Program-made: the position numbers and the translations under genes
Origin: a virus
Virus record (IMG/VR): IMGVR_UViG_3300036770_008686
Location: 71,790-135,789 of that record
Length of the DNA: 64,000 nt
Reading direction: 5' to 3' (one strand)
The notes under the pieces: model-generated
What the model saw: only the letters and a program-made list of their open reading frames with translations
Databases searched by the model: none
Told to the model about the DNA's origin: nothing
Shown: positions 54,069 through 64,000 of the stretch, piece by piece
How positions within the stretch are numbered: the first letter of the stretch is position 1
How the letters are laid out: each line of letters opens with the position of its first letter

Positions 54069-54929
54069 TTAATAGAGAACAACATCGTAATCAACTAAAA
54101 CCTGGTCGGTGGGGTTTAAAAAATCAGAAAAAGAGAAAGATGCATTTTGGCTGTCTTCTACAAAGTAGATAGTACGCCATAAAACATTGCCGCCTTGAAA
54201 TGTGGGATAAGATGTAAAAGTTCTGTTCTGGCAATCCCCGTCACAAAGTTGAACCCGGGTTCCGTTTATGAATACTCTAAGAGAATTTTCTTTAAATTTT
54301 GGTATTCCATTTACTTTATAGTCTTTGCTATTGTCAGAATGTGGCTCAATACCATAATAATGTTGGTGTGCCACATCTACCGGGAACTTGCTATGAAACT
54401 TTATAGAGTTATCACAGGTAACTTCACAATCAATTGTGTTAGAGTTCTGTATTTTTACTATTCCGTTTTCAAAAACATAATAATCTCCATCTTCTTGTTC
54501 AACAGAAATTTTTATATTGTTTGCTTGAGACTCTACTTGAGACAACTTACTTCTTTCATCTTCTAGCATCCTAACAAACTTAGGGTTGTTAGGAACAGCA
54601 TATCCCAGACTTTCATAATACAAAACTTCATCTTCGCTTATTTCTTTACGACCGTCAGTATGATTTGCAATATTGTGCAATACACTATCGACAGAATCGG
54701 GTTTTAAATTACCAAGAGAATCTATTGATTGATTGAGCCTTATAGGCAATTCACCTAAATCTCCGGCTGAATCCCTCAATAATTTTGTATTTTTATTTAT
54801 TAATCCTAGAAGTATATTGTCTCTCTCAACAAGCGACTTTATTGGCTTATTATCAAAATCATAATGATAAGGATCACTAGGCTTGTATAAGGGCACTCCG
54901 TCTATTTCATTTAAATTAGAATCTACCAT
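54069..54929 (-). CDS. hypothetical structural protein
   Basis: DPYHYDFDNKP..ERD; SLRVFINGTR. Confidence 0.65.
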   Translation of the reverse strand: MVDSNLNEIDGVPLYKPSDPYHYDFDNKPIKSLVERDNILLGLINKNTKLLRDSAGDLGELPIRLNQSIDSLGNLKPDSVDSVLHNIANHTDGRKEISEDEVLYYESLGYAVPNNPKFVRMLEDERSKLSQVESQANNIKISVEQEDGDYYVFENGIVKIQNSNTIDCEVTCDNSIKFHSKFPVDVAHQHYYGIEPHSDNSKDYKVNGIPKFKENSLRVFINGTRVQLCDGDCQNRTFTSYPTFQGGNVLWRTIYFVEDSQNASFSFSDFLNPTDQVLVDYDVVLY

Positions 54930-54938
54930 AATTGTTCC

Positions 54939-55445
54939 TTAAATAAAGTTTATTCTCCAGTTCCAAGTAATTTGTATATTTTCTGTTTTTGTTAAATTGG
55001 GAAAAGTAACCATGCTGTACAGTTCGCCATTAGCCATTTGAAGAGCCATTTCATTCAGCACACTGCCATTACCTTCAGAATAAGAAACAACACTAGTAAA
55101 TATCACTTCTGTTCTTATTTTAGGATCAATAGAAGCTATGACTGGCTTAGTTAATACCCTGGTTCCATAAAGTGAGTATCTAGACTCGGCCACAGATTTG
55201 GTTTTGTCATTATCATCAACACCGCCGTCTCCAAAAACCATTCTAGATATATAGAAGGAATTTCGCTCACTTGGTCCACCTTCCGTTTGGGTGAGAGATA
55301 TGGTGGAGTTTGATAAAGTAGCGGCAAGAGCCTCTTTGCCTTTTCTTAATATTGTATTTCTAATGCTGTACCTATCGATGGTATTTTTAGACTTATCTTC
55401 TACTATAAATTCAACAATACCATTGACATTTTGGAATTCTTTCAT
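54939..55445 (-). CDS. tail-collar/baseplate-associated protein
   Basis: ISRMVFGDGG, LNEMAL, YSMVTFPNLTKT..ITWNWRINF. Confidence 0.65.
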   Translation of the reverse strand: MKEFQNVNGIVEFIVEDKSKNTIDRYSIRNTILRKGKEALAATLSNSTISLTQTEGGPSERNSFYISRMVFGDGGVDDNDKTKSVAESRYSLYGTRVLTKPVIASIDPKIRTEVIFTSVVSYSEGNGSVLNEMALQMANGELYSMVTFPNLTKTENIQITWNWRINFI

Positions 55446-58400
55446 AAATTAACCTCTTTTTCTTCTCCATTAATATCTTTTATTATAACAAAAATATTTT
55501 CTTTTTGAATAGAAGTTTCAACAGGTCCCACATTATTTGAGGAACTACTTAAAACTTGGTTTTCATTATCGCTATTTGTTTTTCCTTCACATTTTATTTC
55601 AATGTTTTTTTGAATGACCATAGAATTATTTCTATTTATTTCCATGTCTATTTGGTCTAATTCTCTGTTCTGTTCTTGAATAGTCATATTATTATTCCTA
55701 TATTTATAAAATTCACAAAAAGACTGAATTTTGCTCTCGAATAATCCAAAATTTTCAAAATCACCATATAAATCAAAAGTATACCCAGAGCTGCCTTCTT
55801 GAATGTCTGATATAAAATAGTAATTATTTGAAAAGTTTCCAGAAGTTACTTTGATCGAATAGTCACTATAGTTATTTAAAAAATCTTCATCTAAATTACC
55901 CTGGAAAAATCCTTTAACGCCGCTATAGGAAAAATTACCAACCTGACCTCTAGCTAGGTAATTTAACAACTTAACCTCTAGACCGCCGGTATCTTCTCCG
56001 AAATAACCCTTTATATAAAAGTATTCACCATTGTAGTCTACAACGTCACAAGAATAAAAAACATCATTTTTATTAAAACTTAATTTTAAATCATAATATT
56101 TTTTATTTTCTATATTTAGTCTTTTAGTTACCTTGGTTAAATTTGAATATTCTATTTTGCAAGTAGAACTATTTTGATTAGTCTTTAATTGAAGTTCTTG
56201 TTGATTCTTATCAAAAATTTTATATTTATCACTAAAACTTTTGTTTATTTTATTGCCGTTGTTTTTTAATATAATTTCGCTTTTATAAACTTGTTTAATA
56301 TCGTAAAATTCACCATCTATTAAAACTTGACAAGAATCATCTACTCCTATAGAAGTAAAACTTATAGAAGAATCATCTTCTGTGAGTTTTATATAATCAT
56401 CTCGAACAAGATCTGTAGTAAAAAAGTCTAATTCAGAATATAAATTAAAAACAAATGTAGAATTATTTAAAAATGCAATATTTTCTATGTCTATAAAATT
56501 ACCATTAGGATTGTAAACAGAAAAAACCCCGGAATATATAGAGGGAGACAAAACCTCTATAAAGGCATTGCCATTAATGTTATTTAGCACATTAAAATTC
56601 AAGTCTGCACAAAACAAAGATATTTTCTCATTATAAAAAGAAACATCGCCACTAAAAGATAAAAATTTAGAAGAAAGTTCATCTCTGTTATAGAGATCGT
56701 CTTTTAACCTGCTTCTATGGAACCATCTTTGAAGACCTCCTGATATATTGTTTTCTAAATATTTATAGCTTATGAGTATTTCATAGTGTTCTAATGGGGT
56801 TATAAAATATTCATTGTTGCCGCCAAAATAATTTATTGTTCTAAGAACAGAATGAAAGGGAGTGTTCTCGGAAACTATCTGTCTAGCTTCCGCTATTCGG
56901 TCATCGCAAAGATCTTCTATTTCTAGATCTACATCAAAATTACTACTTCTACAACTAAAACAAGGATCTAAAAAGTCTTTATCTATATCACATGGATTTT
57001 TAGAGTCTCTTATGCTACCATTATACTCTTCCATGTTATAAATATTTTCGCTATAAGGAAACTCGGTTTTGATCTTTCCAAAAACAACCTGTTCTGTAAA
57101 TGGGTGTCTTGTCTTTATTATATGATCTACAAACGGATCGTTTTCTTCTATTAACTTGGTATTCCAGTTCTTTAAGGGTATTATGGGCTTGCCTTTAATA
57201 AAAGGATCCCTATTGTCCATAAGAGGTAAATTTTGAATATATTCGAAAATATCATTTTCAAAATCATTTTTAGGCAAATTATAAAAGTATTCCACTTTTA
57301 TAAAAGAATTATCTTCATAATTATTGTCAAGCAAAATTAACTTGGTAACAAAATCTTCTTGAACTAAAGAAAATTTATCCTCAGATAAGTCAAAAGAAGA
57401 ACTTTGAGTATGTTTGGTAACTTTTATTTCATTACCGACCATTTTTTTTGAAAGATCGAAAGAGCTAGTGTTGGGCTTTAGTTCAAAAGAATCTATAAAA
57501 TAGTATGGCGAAATAACTTGCCAATAATTTAAAACTCTAACCAGTTTCATTCCGGCCTGTTCGAAAGCTTGTTTTAATGATGTTAAAGTGCCTTTTTTCT
57601 TGAATAAAGGCACAGCTTCTTTTATTTGTCTTCTCCAAAGTATGGGATCTCTGCTCTTTAAATTTAAATTTAAAGTATTGGAAAGATAATAAATTATATA
57701 CTCATTGACAGAATTAGAATCAAGTAAGTCAACCAATTGATTGGTCAAATCTTCTAAAACATTAAATCCTTTTGCCACCGATCTGTTTAGTTTTTCTATA
57801 ACAGAAGGAGTTAAATCCACATCTGCGATGTGGGTTTTGAACATCTCGGGAGTGTATCTTTCTAATAAATCTAAATATTTATTAGGATTTGTTCTATGTA
57901 TAAGATTGCTAGTATTTATTGCAGTACTACTACTAAGATAAAATTTTTGATGATTGGATATGCTGGCGGAGCCTTTATAAGGCGTATAAGTCCAACAAAT
58001 AAAGTAATCTCCCTCTCTGACTCCTTCTGGGGTCCAAGTGAACTCAAAACAACCTATTTTTCCATCTATCTTTTTTAGAATCAAATTTTCTTGATCTTGC
58101 TCATCTCTACTATTTCTTTTATATGAAATTTGATCCTTTGGATCAGGACAACTTAATTTATCGCAAAACTCATAATTAGATGGACTGCCTTTAACGTTAG
58201 AAGGAGGACAATCTAGCACATTATTTGTCCATAAAGGAGTGCCTATCTTATAAACAACAACGGCATCACTATAGTGAAAAATCGAATCTTCACTGGCGTA
58301 TGTGTTTTTGTTTGAAAAATTTCTTTCTATATAGTAGATTGTTATACTATCAAAAGTGAATGGATCTAAACAATCATCTTCACAATAATCATCTTCTGAA

Positions 58401-58564
58401 TCTGAGCAGCAATAGTCGCAATTAGAACCAGATTTTGTTGTTTTAAATTTAAATAATATTTTATCTATAATAGTCGGATTATCACTTATAGTAAGTGGCT
58501 TATATGAGCAACTTTCTTCTCTAAAGTGGTCTTTTAAACATTCTGTGTAATTAATATTGTTCAT
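55442..58564 (-). CDS. large baseplate wedge/tail protein (gp7/P2-I-like segment)
   Basis: YLSNTLNL..WRRQIKEAVPLFKKKGTLTSLKQAF; follows the gp6-like gene. Confidence 0.65.
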   Translation of the reverse strand: MNNINYTECLKDHFREESCSYKPLTISDNPTIIDKILFKFKTTKSGSNCDYCCSDSEDDYCEDDCLDPFTFDSITIYYIERNFSNKNTYASEDSIFHYSDAVVVYKIGTPLWTNNVLDCPPSNVKGSPSNYEFCDKLSCPDPKDQISYKRNSRDEQDQENLILKKIDGKIGCFEFTWTPEGVREGDYFICWTYTPYKGSASISNHQKFYLSSSTAINTSNLIHRTNPNKYLDLLERYTPEMFKTHIADVDLTPSVIEKLNRSVAKGFNVLEDLTNQLVDLLDSNSVNEYIIYYLSNTLNLNLKSRDPILWRRQIKEAVPLFKKKGTLTSLKQAFEQAGMKLVRVLNYWQVISPYYFIDSFELKPNTSSFDLSKKMVGNEIKVTKHTQSSSFDLSEDKFSLVQEDFVTKLILLDNNYEDNSFIKVEYFYNLPKNDFENDIFEYIQNLPLMDNRDPFIKGKPIIPLKNWNTKLIEENDPFVDHIIKTRHPFTEQVVFGKIKTEFPYSENIYNMEEYNGSIRDSKNPCDIDKDFLDPCFSCRSSNFDVDLEIEDLCDDRIAEARQIVSENTPFHSVLRTINYFGGNNEYFITPLEHYEILISYKYLENNISGGLQRWFHRSRLKDDLYNRDELSSKFLSFSGDVSFYNEKISLFCADLNFNVLNNINGNAFIEVLSPSIYSGVFSVYNPNGNFIDIENIAFLNNSTFVFNLYSELDFFTTDLVRDDYIKLTEDDSSISFTSIGVDDSCQVLIDGEFYDIKQVYKSEIILKNNGNKINKSFSDKYKIFDKNQQELQLKTNQNSSTCKIEYSNLTKVTKRLNIENKKYYDLKLSFNKNDVFYSCDVVDYNGEYFYIKGYFGEDTGGLEVKLLNYLARGQVGNFSYSGVKGFFQGNLDEDFLNNYSDYSIKVTSGNFSNNYYFISDIQEGSSGYTFDLYGDFENFGLFESKIQSFCEFYKYRNNNMTIQEQNRELDQIDMEINRNNSMVIQKNIEIKCEGKTNSDNENQVLSSSSNNVGPVETSIQKENIFVIIKDINGEEKEVNL

Positions 58565-60117
58565 AAATTATTTTCATATTGAAAATTAACATATATTGAG
58601 CTAGGTCTGATTATTTCATTAAACTTGGGTGCGACAACATTTGTAGAACCGTCATTTGTAGTAAAAGAAACCTCGTATCTTTTTGGATCAGAAATGTCAG
58701 ATAAAGCTTTCATTAAATCCATTTCTCTTAAAACCTTGCCATAATCCCAATTAACCAATAAAAAGAAATTATTTATTCTTCTTGATATTTTTTCCTTAAT
58801 TTCTTCTTCAAATTTTTTATAAAATCTATCTATAAAGACATCTATATTAACGTCTATAGATAAAATGGTGCCATCTTTTATACAAACATGATCGGTTAAC
58901 ATTTTAATCTCATCCATGTAAGAGTTCAATTCAGACTTAAGCTGATCGGATGCATTTTCTAAAGAAAAATCGCCAGACCTAGCCAAGACATAAAGATCTA
59001 TTATATTGGCTGCGCAACCATAATTTCTTAATACAGCTGTGGCTTTTCCTATTTGGCCTTGATAAGGAGAAGCAAACTGTTCTGCTAGAACCTTATAGTC
59101 TAACCCTGTAACTGCCCTGCTCTGAGTTCTTAGATATTGAGGCAACTTTCTTCTTATATCTTCTATTGTATCTCCATTGTATCCAAATTCACCCTTAGTA
59201 TAGTTGTTAAAAGAAACAGGAACAGTTAAATCATAATTATTTGGATCTATAACACCCTGTGTTGATATGCTTCCAGCAACAATATTACCAACAACACCCC
59301 CACCAGTTCTATAGCTAATAGCTATTCTTGATCCTTGAGTTGGAATGAAACCTCCTCTATTATTTCCAAAAATAATAGTAGCATTATAAGAACTATCGAA
59401 TTCTACTCTATATTCTCTTCTTCTTTGAGAATCTGTGAAATATTCTACTTGGTCCCACCTAACACCATCGACATCTACCCTAATAGAGTCGTATATAACA
59501 GGAGAATAAGCTAAAGAAATGGCCTGGCTTACTTCGCCGCTACTATCTATAAGTTCATTTCTAGATCTGCCTTCTAGGCCTATAACGTTAGCATTCACAA
59601 AACTACCAGCCGGTATTACTATATTTTGTTCTAATATAGGATTTCCATCAGAATCAGCCGGAAATAATTCAAACCTTATGGAAGAATCTCCACTTGTGGT
59701 GTCTATGCCGTAGCCAAAGGGAATCTCTAAATCAAAATTTAAAGTATTGTTAATAGTTGCCGTAAAGTAGCATCTGCTAGCAATTGGTGGTTGGGGTTTA
59801 AATCCCACTAATTTACTTATCCTAAATGCATTTTCAATCTCGGTAACGGTATCTATAAATATTTCATTTGCAATTTGATCCATCTTAAAACTAAGAGTAT
59901 CCGCTAAAAATGCCCAATTTTCTACCAACATAATAGCCAAAGAACTCTCAATAAAATCATTAAATTGATCCCCGTATTCTTGTCTTATAAAGTCAACAAG
60001 TCTTGTTTTCATGGACCAAAAATCTTGATTTGTATAATTAAGATTAAATATATTTGGTTTATTTATTTGTTGGGATTGTGCATAAGGGGTTATATCAAAA
60101 GGACAATTGTTACTCAT
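58561..60117 (-). CDS. baseplate wedge subunit (T4 gp6/baseplate J-like)
   Basis: DFWSMKTRL, DFIESS..MLVE..AFLAD, IIFGNN..G.IP, RAVTGLDY. Confidence 0.9.
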   Translation of the reverse strand: MSNNCPFDITPYAQSQQINKPNIFNLNYTNQDFWSMKTRLVDFIRQEYGDQFNDFIESSLAIMLVENWAFLADTLSFKMDQIANEIFIDTVTEIENAFRISKLVGFKPQPPIASRCYFTATINNTLNFDLEIPFGYGIDTTSGDSSIRFELFPADSDGNPILEQNIVIPAGSFVNANVIGLEGRSRNELIDSSGEVSQAISLAYSPVIYDSIRVDVDGVRWDQVEYFTDSQRRREYRVEFDSSYNATIIFGNNRGGFIPTQGSRIAISYRTGGGVVGNIVAGSISTQGVIDPNNYDLTVPVSFNNYTKGEFGYNGDTIEDIRRKLPQYLRTQSRAVTGLDYKVLAEQFASPYQGQIGKATAVLRNYGCAANIIDLYVLARSGDFSLENASDQLKSELNSYMDEIKMLTDHVCIKDGTILSIDVNIDVFIDRFYKKFEEEIKEKISRRINNFFLLVNWDYGKVLREMDLMKALSDISDPKRYEVSFTTNDGSTNVVAPKFNEIIRPSSIYVNFQYENNL

Positions 60118-60142
60118 AATGTTTACTCAATATTATTATAGT

Positions 60143-60553
60143 TCAACTTAGAGGAATTTCTAGCTTTAATTCCTGGATATTTGTTATTTGTTCTGGGTCA
60201 AAGAATCTTATATTTATATATAAAATATTATCTAAATCTTGTAAAGCATCGTCTCTATTTAAATTCTGTCTTGTTGGGCGAGTCACTTCTATACTACTGA
60301 CTGTTATTCTTGGCTCCCATCTATTAATAGACTCTATAATCAACTCTCTGGCTCTAATCTCTAGTGCTGCGTCGTTTTGCTCAAAAATTAAACTTTTTAA
60401 GGGGGTGCCAAAATTAGGAAGAAAAACTCTTTCTCCTGGATTTGTTAACAATAATATTAATAGATCCGCCTTTATTTGTGCTAAATCTTTTTGTGTTTTA
60501 AAAAACCCTAAAGGATTTTTAACTATTGGATAAGGACATCCTAAAAATCTCAT
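60143..60553 (-). CDS. baseplate wedge subunit gp25/GPW-like
   Basis: LLLTNPGERVFLPNFGT.L..LIFEQ, INRWEPRI. Confidence 0.92.
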   Translation of the reverse strand: MRFLGCPYPIVKNPLGFFKTQKDLAQIKADLLILLLTNPGERVFLPNFGTPLKSLIFEQNDAALEIRARELIIESINRWEPRITVSSIEVTRPTRQNLNRDDALQDLDNILYINIRFFDPEQITNIQELKLEIPLS

Positions 60554-62745
60554 ATTACCCCCGGAGCGTTGTTATTAGCGTCATCAAGATTTTGGTTAGC
60601 GTCATTTATAACTTGATTTTCTTGGTCTCCTAAACCCCCACCAGCTCCATCTAATGGACATCTTATTAATGGTTCTAACATAAATATATTTGCAGCTGGA
60701 TCTGATTTTTTAGCACTAGCAAAAACTCTAGTACTTAATCTTATACATCCATTTACATAAACAAGAACAGGTCCTACGCAAGGTCCTAGTTCTCCTGTTT
60801 CTGGGTTGGGGCAATCTTTGCCAGCCAATAAAAATATATTCTCATCAGCTAAGAAAAAATGACTTTTTTTAGTTAAATTAACATAATATTCTTCTGTGGA
60901 TACTATCTTTTGCCTACTTATTATTTCTATGTAATCTGAAGGGTTTCTATCTTTGTCTCCTATTATGTCCACTTTATCCTTACATGTAGTTATTATATAT
61001 TTGCCTCCGGCTCTAACCCATATAAAAGAAGATTCTTTGGATTTGCTTTCTTGCATTCTAATTATGTGAGGCCCACAGTCGTTGTCAGATTGTGGGGCTT
61101 TAAGTTGTATTGATTGCGTTTGTGTTTCTTTTTGAGAATTACTATCCGTCATCTTCATTTCAAGACCATATCCGCTTCTTATTCTAATAAAAGCTTTTTT
61201 AGCATTCTCTTTTGGCACACCACCTTCTCTTCTTAAAGGCGAACATTGTTCATTTGTTTCGTCAACTAAATCTATTGTGTGATTTGAAGTGCTTTGAATA
61301 TGCACACCCCTTTCAGAACCAGCAATACAATCAGGTGTTGTGTGATCATTAAGCTCCAACTTATTTCCTGTGGCAGTTTTAAGTCTAATATAATTGTTCT
61401 TGCCTCTTACAGGCTTATCTGGGTTTTCCTCTACATCGCTGATTTCTATTAGATGACCAGTTGCACTTTTCCAATAACTTCTTCCAACAAAAAGATTATT
61501 ACAACCAAAATCAAAACCTTTGGTGCTTCTTTCCCAACCAAGTTCTCCGGCAGGCTCTTCTACGCTGTCATCCATAACAAAAGTGTGGCCGCTTATACTC
61601 ATTAGTTGAATGCCTGTTTGGGGTAGATCACAAACATTATTCTGTGGGGTGCCCGGACCTTTGTAGGGCCTACATTCATTTTCGTGTTTAAAATATGGAT
61701 TATCACCTACTTGTTTTTTATAATATTTTGATTCAGGATGAGGAGTGTCCGGATGGCCTCCTATTATTTTACTATTACTAGTTTTTCCTTCGCAACTTGT
61801 TTTTTCCTTGGGATCATAACCAAGTACATTGTAGCCTTGATTAGTCTCCGTGAAATCAGGATTTAAACCCATTCTAATTCTTGTTACGTCAGCACTCGGA
61901 TCTCCTTCATCTTGGTTTTCAACACAACTAACATCCCCTTCTCTAACTCCACAACTAGGGTGAGCCCATTGTCCTGCGTAGTGAATATGATCATCTTTCA
62001 TCATTATCCAATTACCACAACTACTCATAATTTCTAATCTTTTCCAACGGCGATTACACTTGGCGTCTCCATCAACCATTTTTACCATGTGTTTTTCAGG
62101 AGTTTTAAAACCATATATATTTGGATAGGTAATTCTTTTTTGTGCCTCTGGATCTTCAGAAAAATCTACTATGCTGTTTAAGTCATAGCCGTTATAGCTT
62201 TCGGTGTTCCAAGGAGGAAGAACCTGTGATTCGTCATTAGCTCCAACAAGATAACCTTTTCTATGGCCTTCATAAATTTTATTATATTCTTCTATTTGAG
62301 GAAATATCCATCTATGTGGTTGACCTGCTGGTCCTCTGTTTCTATGCCAAACAGTTCCATGATAAAAAGGGCTAGCTCTATTGCCTCCTTCAAAACTTAT
62401 CATCACCGTGGAGCCGGCTGGTGGGACCCAATTAAGGCCGCTATCGTCTATGCCGCCCATTGCTGATATTGGCATTGCCCATGGCATTTCTCCTATTGGT
62501 CTACTTGGATTCATCAACAATGGCGAAAATATTCTTATTCTATTCATTTTCCAAACATCAATAGTATCAATACAAAGAGCGGCATACACTCCAAATAGTG
62601 TTTCATCTTGAAGAGGAACCTTAAATCCCGAGCTTAACTCTGTGGTTACTATTGCTTTAGTTTCATAGGCCATATCGCCTATTCTTTGCTCTAAAGATCT
62701 TATTCTGTTTTCTAATTCTTTTACTGTTTCGTTTTTAGCTAACAT
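60550..62745 (-). CDS. baseplate spike, gp5/VgrG-like OB-fold protein
   Basis: RIRIFSP..PWAMP..G..WVPPAGSTVMISFEGGN..PFYHG; repeated SGH/TGH-x-x-(E/V) beta-helix units. Confidence 0.8.
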   Translation of the reverse strand: MLAKNETVKELENRIRSLEQRIGDMAYETKAIVTTELSSGFKVPLQDETLFGVYAALCIDTIDVWKMNRIRIFSPLLMNPSRPIGEMPWAMPISAMGGIDDSGLNWVPPAGSTVMISFEGGNRASPFYHGTVWHRNRGPAGQPHRWIFPQIEEYNKIYEGHRKGYLVGANDESQVLPPWNTESYNGYDLNSIVDFSEDPEAQKRITYPNIYGFKTPEKHMVKMVDGDAKCNRRWKRLEIMSSCGNWIMMKDDHIHYAGQWAHPSCGVREGDVSCVENQDEGDPSADVTRIRMGLNPDFTETNQGYNVLGYDPKEKTSCEGKTSNSKIIGGHPDTPHPESKYYKKQVGDNPYFKHENECRPYKGPGTPQNNVCDLPQTGIQLMSISGHTFVMDDSVEEPAGELGWERSTKGFDFGCNNLFVGRSYWKSATGHLIEISDVEENPDKPVRGKNNYIRLKTATGNKLELNDHTTPDCIAGSERGVHIQSTSNHTIDLVDETNEQCSPLRREGGVPKENAKKAFIRIRSGYGLEMKMTDSNSQKETQTQSIQLKAPQSDNDCGPHIIRMQESKSKESSFIWVRAGGKYIITTCKDKVDIIGDKDRNPSDYIEIISRQKIVSTEEYYVNLTKKSHFFLADENIFLLAGKDCPNPETGELGPCVGPVLVYVNGCIRLSTRVFASAKKSDPAANIFMLEPLIRCPLDGAGGGLGDQENQVINDANQNLDDANNNAPGVI

Positions 62746-64000
62746 TAATTATTTTCCACCTCACATCTTTGGTTCTCTGGATTTGTGCTAACAGTATTAA
62801 ACACAGGAATTCCTCCTCCGCCTTTGCCCCCAATAATATCCTCTGGCTGAAGTTCTACTCCGGGGACTGCTAGTTTTATTTTTAATATAGTAACATATGA
62901 ACCAGAACTAATCTGGTGATTGACTCCTAGTATCTGCCAATTTTTATTGCTAAAAACAGAGTTACAGGTTGGTTCGGCCAACCAATCTCCACAACTATCT
63001 GCAGAACTGTTTTTTATGTGAAAAGGATTTATAACTATTAAACTTAAAGTCTTTCCTACCAAATCTATTGGAAAAACTAGGCTTGGATCTCCAAAAATCT
63101 TTAGTTCACCCTCAATTGGACTTAAAGCTTCTCTTATCATGTTTGCTCTTTGATGTGCTGCTCCAGCGTCTTGTGTATCTTGTGCACTGTCTGGGGGTTT
63201 GCCGTTTTGGTAATTACCATTACCACCACCACTAGAAACACCGGCATCCGATGTTTTATCTCCTCCAGGGCAATCTTTGCCTTTGGCTTTAGCTCCACCG
63301 CCATCAGTTACACTTTGTTGACCGCCGCTTTTACCTAAAGAACTTAAGTGCCAATTGACTGATGGACTAAAACTAATTACACTACTATCTGGGCCTCCGT
63401 TAACAACATAAGTGCCAGGTTGGCCTGTCAAGGAAGATATGTTAGTTTTACATGGGTCTGGGGTTTCGCACATAGTTGGTCCGGGATCTTCTATAAAAAC
63501 CACTGTTGGGTCGCTTCTTCCCTTCCATTGTAATATTATGCCTTTTCCATTAGATGTAACATAAGGAGCTATCCACCTTCTTGCTGTGGCTAATTTATTT
63601 TGTTGATTGGTATTCCAAACACCTCTAGGTCCCCCAACTCCATTACCATTATCTGGTCCGTATCTCTTATCAAATTTAAATTCTTCATCACCGTCCGAAC
63701 TTTTAAACTCGACATTACAAACTGGGCCTCCTTTTAACTCCCTAAACAATCTTCTTAAAGCTGTTTTTAAATCTACCTTTTTATCATCTGTACCTATATT
63801 ACACTCTACTCTAGCTTCGCCAACACGTGCCATCATATCTTGAGCCTCTATCTGATATTTTATCTTACCTCCCTCATAACTAACGTTTGCTCTTAAAGGC
63901 AACAAAGATAACTTACCTGGCTGACCTCCTGAATTACTGACCGCTATTTTTCTAATACTAGTCTCTGTTCCACATCGTTCTTCTATCAGCCAACCAAAAT
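62745..64000 (-). CDS. baseplate hub (gp27/late-control-D-like), 5'-partial
   Basis: frame is open to the window end (FGWLIEERCG...); ELKIFGDP, WQILGVNHQISSGSYVTILKI. Confidence 0.65.
   Translation of the reverse strand, partial: FGWLIEERCGTETSIRKIAVSNSGGQPGKLSLLPLRANVSYEGGKIKYQIEAQDMMARVGEARVECNIGTDDKKVDLKTALRRLFRELKGGPVCNVEFKSSDGDEEFKFDKRYGPDNGNGVGGPRGVWNTNQQNKLATARRWIAPYVTSNGKGIILQWKGRSDPTVVFIEDPGPTMCETPDPCKTNISSLTGQPGTYVVNGGPDSSVISFSPSVNWHLSSLGKSGGQQSVTDGGGAKAKGKDCPGGDKTSDAGVSSGGGNGNYQNGKPPDSAQDTQDAGAAHQRANMIREALSPIEGELKIFGDPSLVFPIDLVGKTLSLIVINPFHIKNSSADSCGDWLAEPTCNSVFSNKNWQILGVNHQISSGSYVTILKIKLAVPGVELQPEDIIGGKGGGGIPVFNTVSTNPENQRCEVENN

Noticed and set aside
1027-63843. Many short antisense or overlapping ORFs in the track (e.g. 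1027, 3316, 11958, 37098, 54195, 63607)
   Set aside because: They overlap well-supported genes on the other strand or frame and have no motifs or RBS
1-64000. Stop-codon reassignment (TAG/TGA), as in some jumbo phages
   Set aside because: Recognisable genes are full length in code 11, and TAA, TAG and TGA all act as stops with tight gene packing

Overview
This AT-rich window (roughly 30% GC) looks like part of a large myovirus-like (jumbo) bacteriophage genome, read in the standard bacterial code with most genes on the minus strand. From left to right it holds accessory genes (vWA, HAD, DEDDh exonuclease, deaminase, MoxR-type AAA plus vWA-like partner, rIIA and an rIIB-PcfJ fusion), a kinase, and a 7.7-kb glycosyl/sulfo/methyltransferase island. 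These are followed by LamG fibre-type genes, GroES, UvsE, a peptidase, RuvB-like ATPase, RNA ligase, phosphoesterase and a caspase-like protease. The window ends in a contractile-tail/baseplate module (PKD proteins, wedge, gp6-, gp25-, gp5- and hub-like genes). Several small proteins resemble families I associate with Planctomycetes, which suggests the host (inference). The best non-ORF signals are: (1) a compact 223-nt group I intron (28551-28773, minus) whose removal restores the reading frame of an uncharacterised Cys-rich gene; (2) a heptamer CGGTACG found seven times, each time upstream of a minus-strand gene or operon; (3) a GC-rich structured RNA candidate ahead of the phosphoesterase-RNA ligase-RuvB operon; (4) two tandem duplications of gene starts; and (5) IS200/IS605-type end scars. 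I saw no CRISPR array, tRNA, rRNA or codon reassignment. All calls come from motif recognition by eye; no database searches were run.
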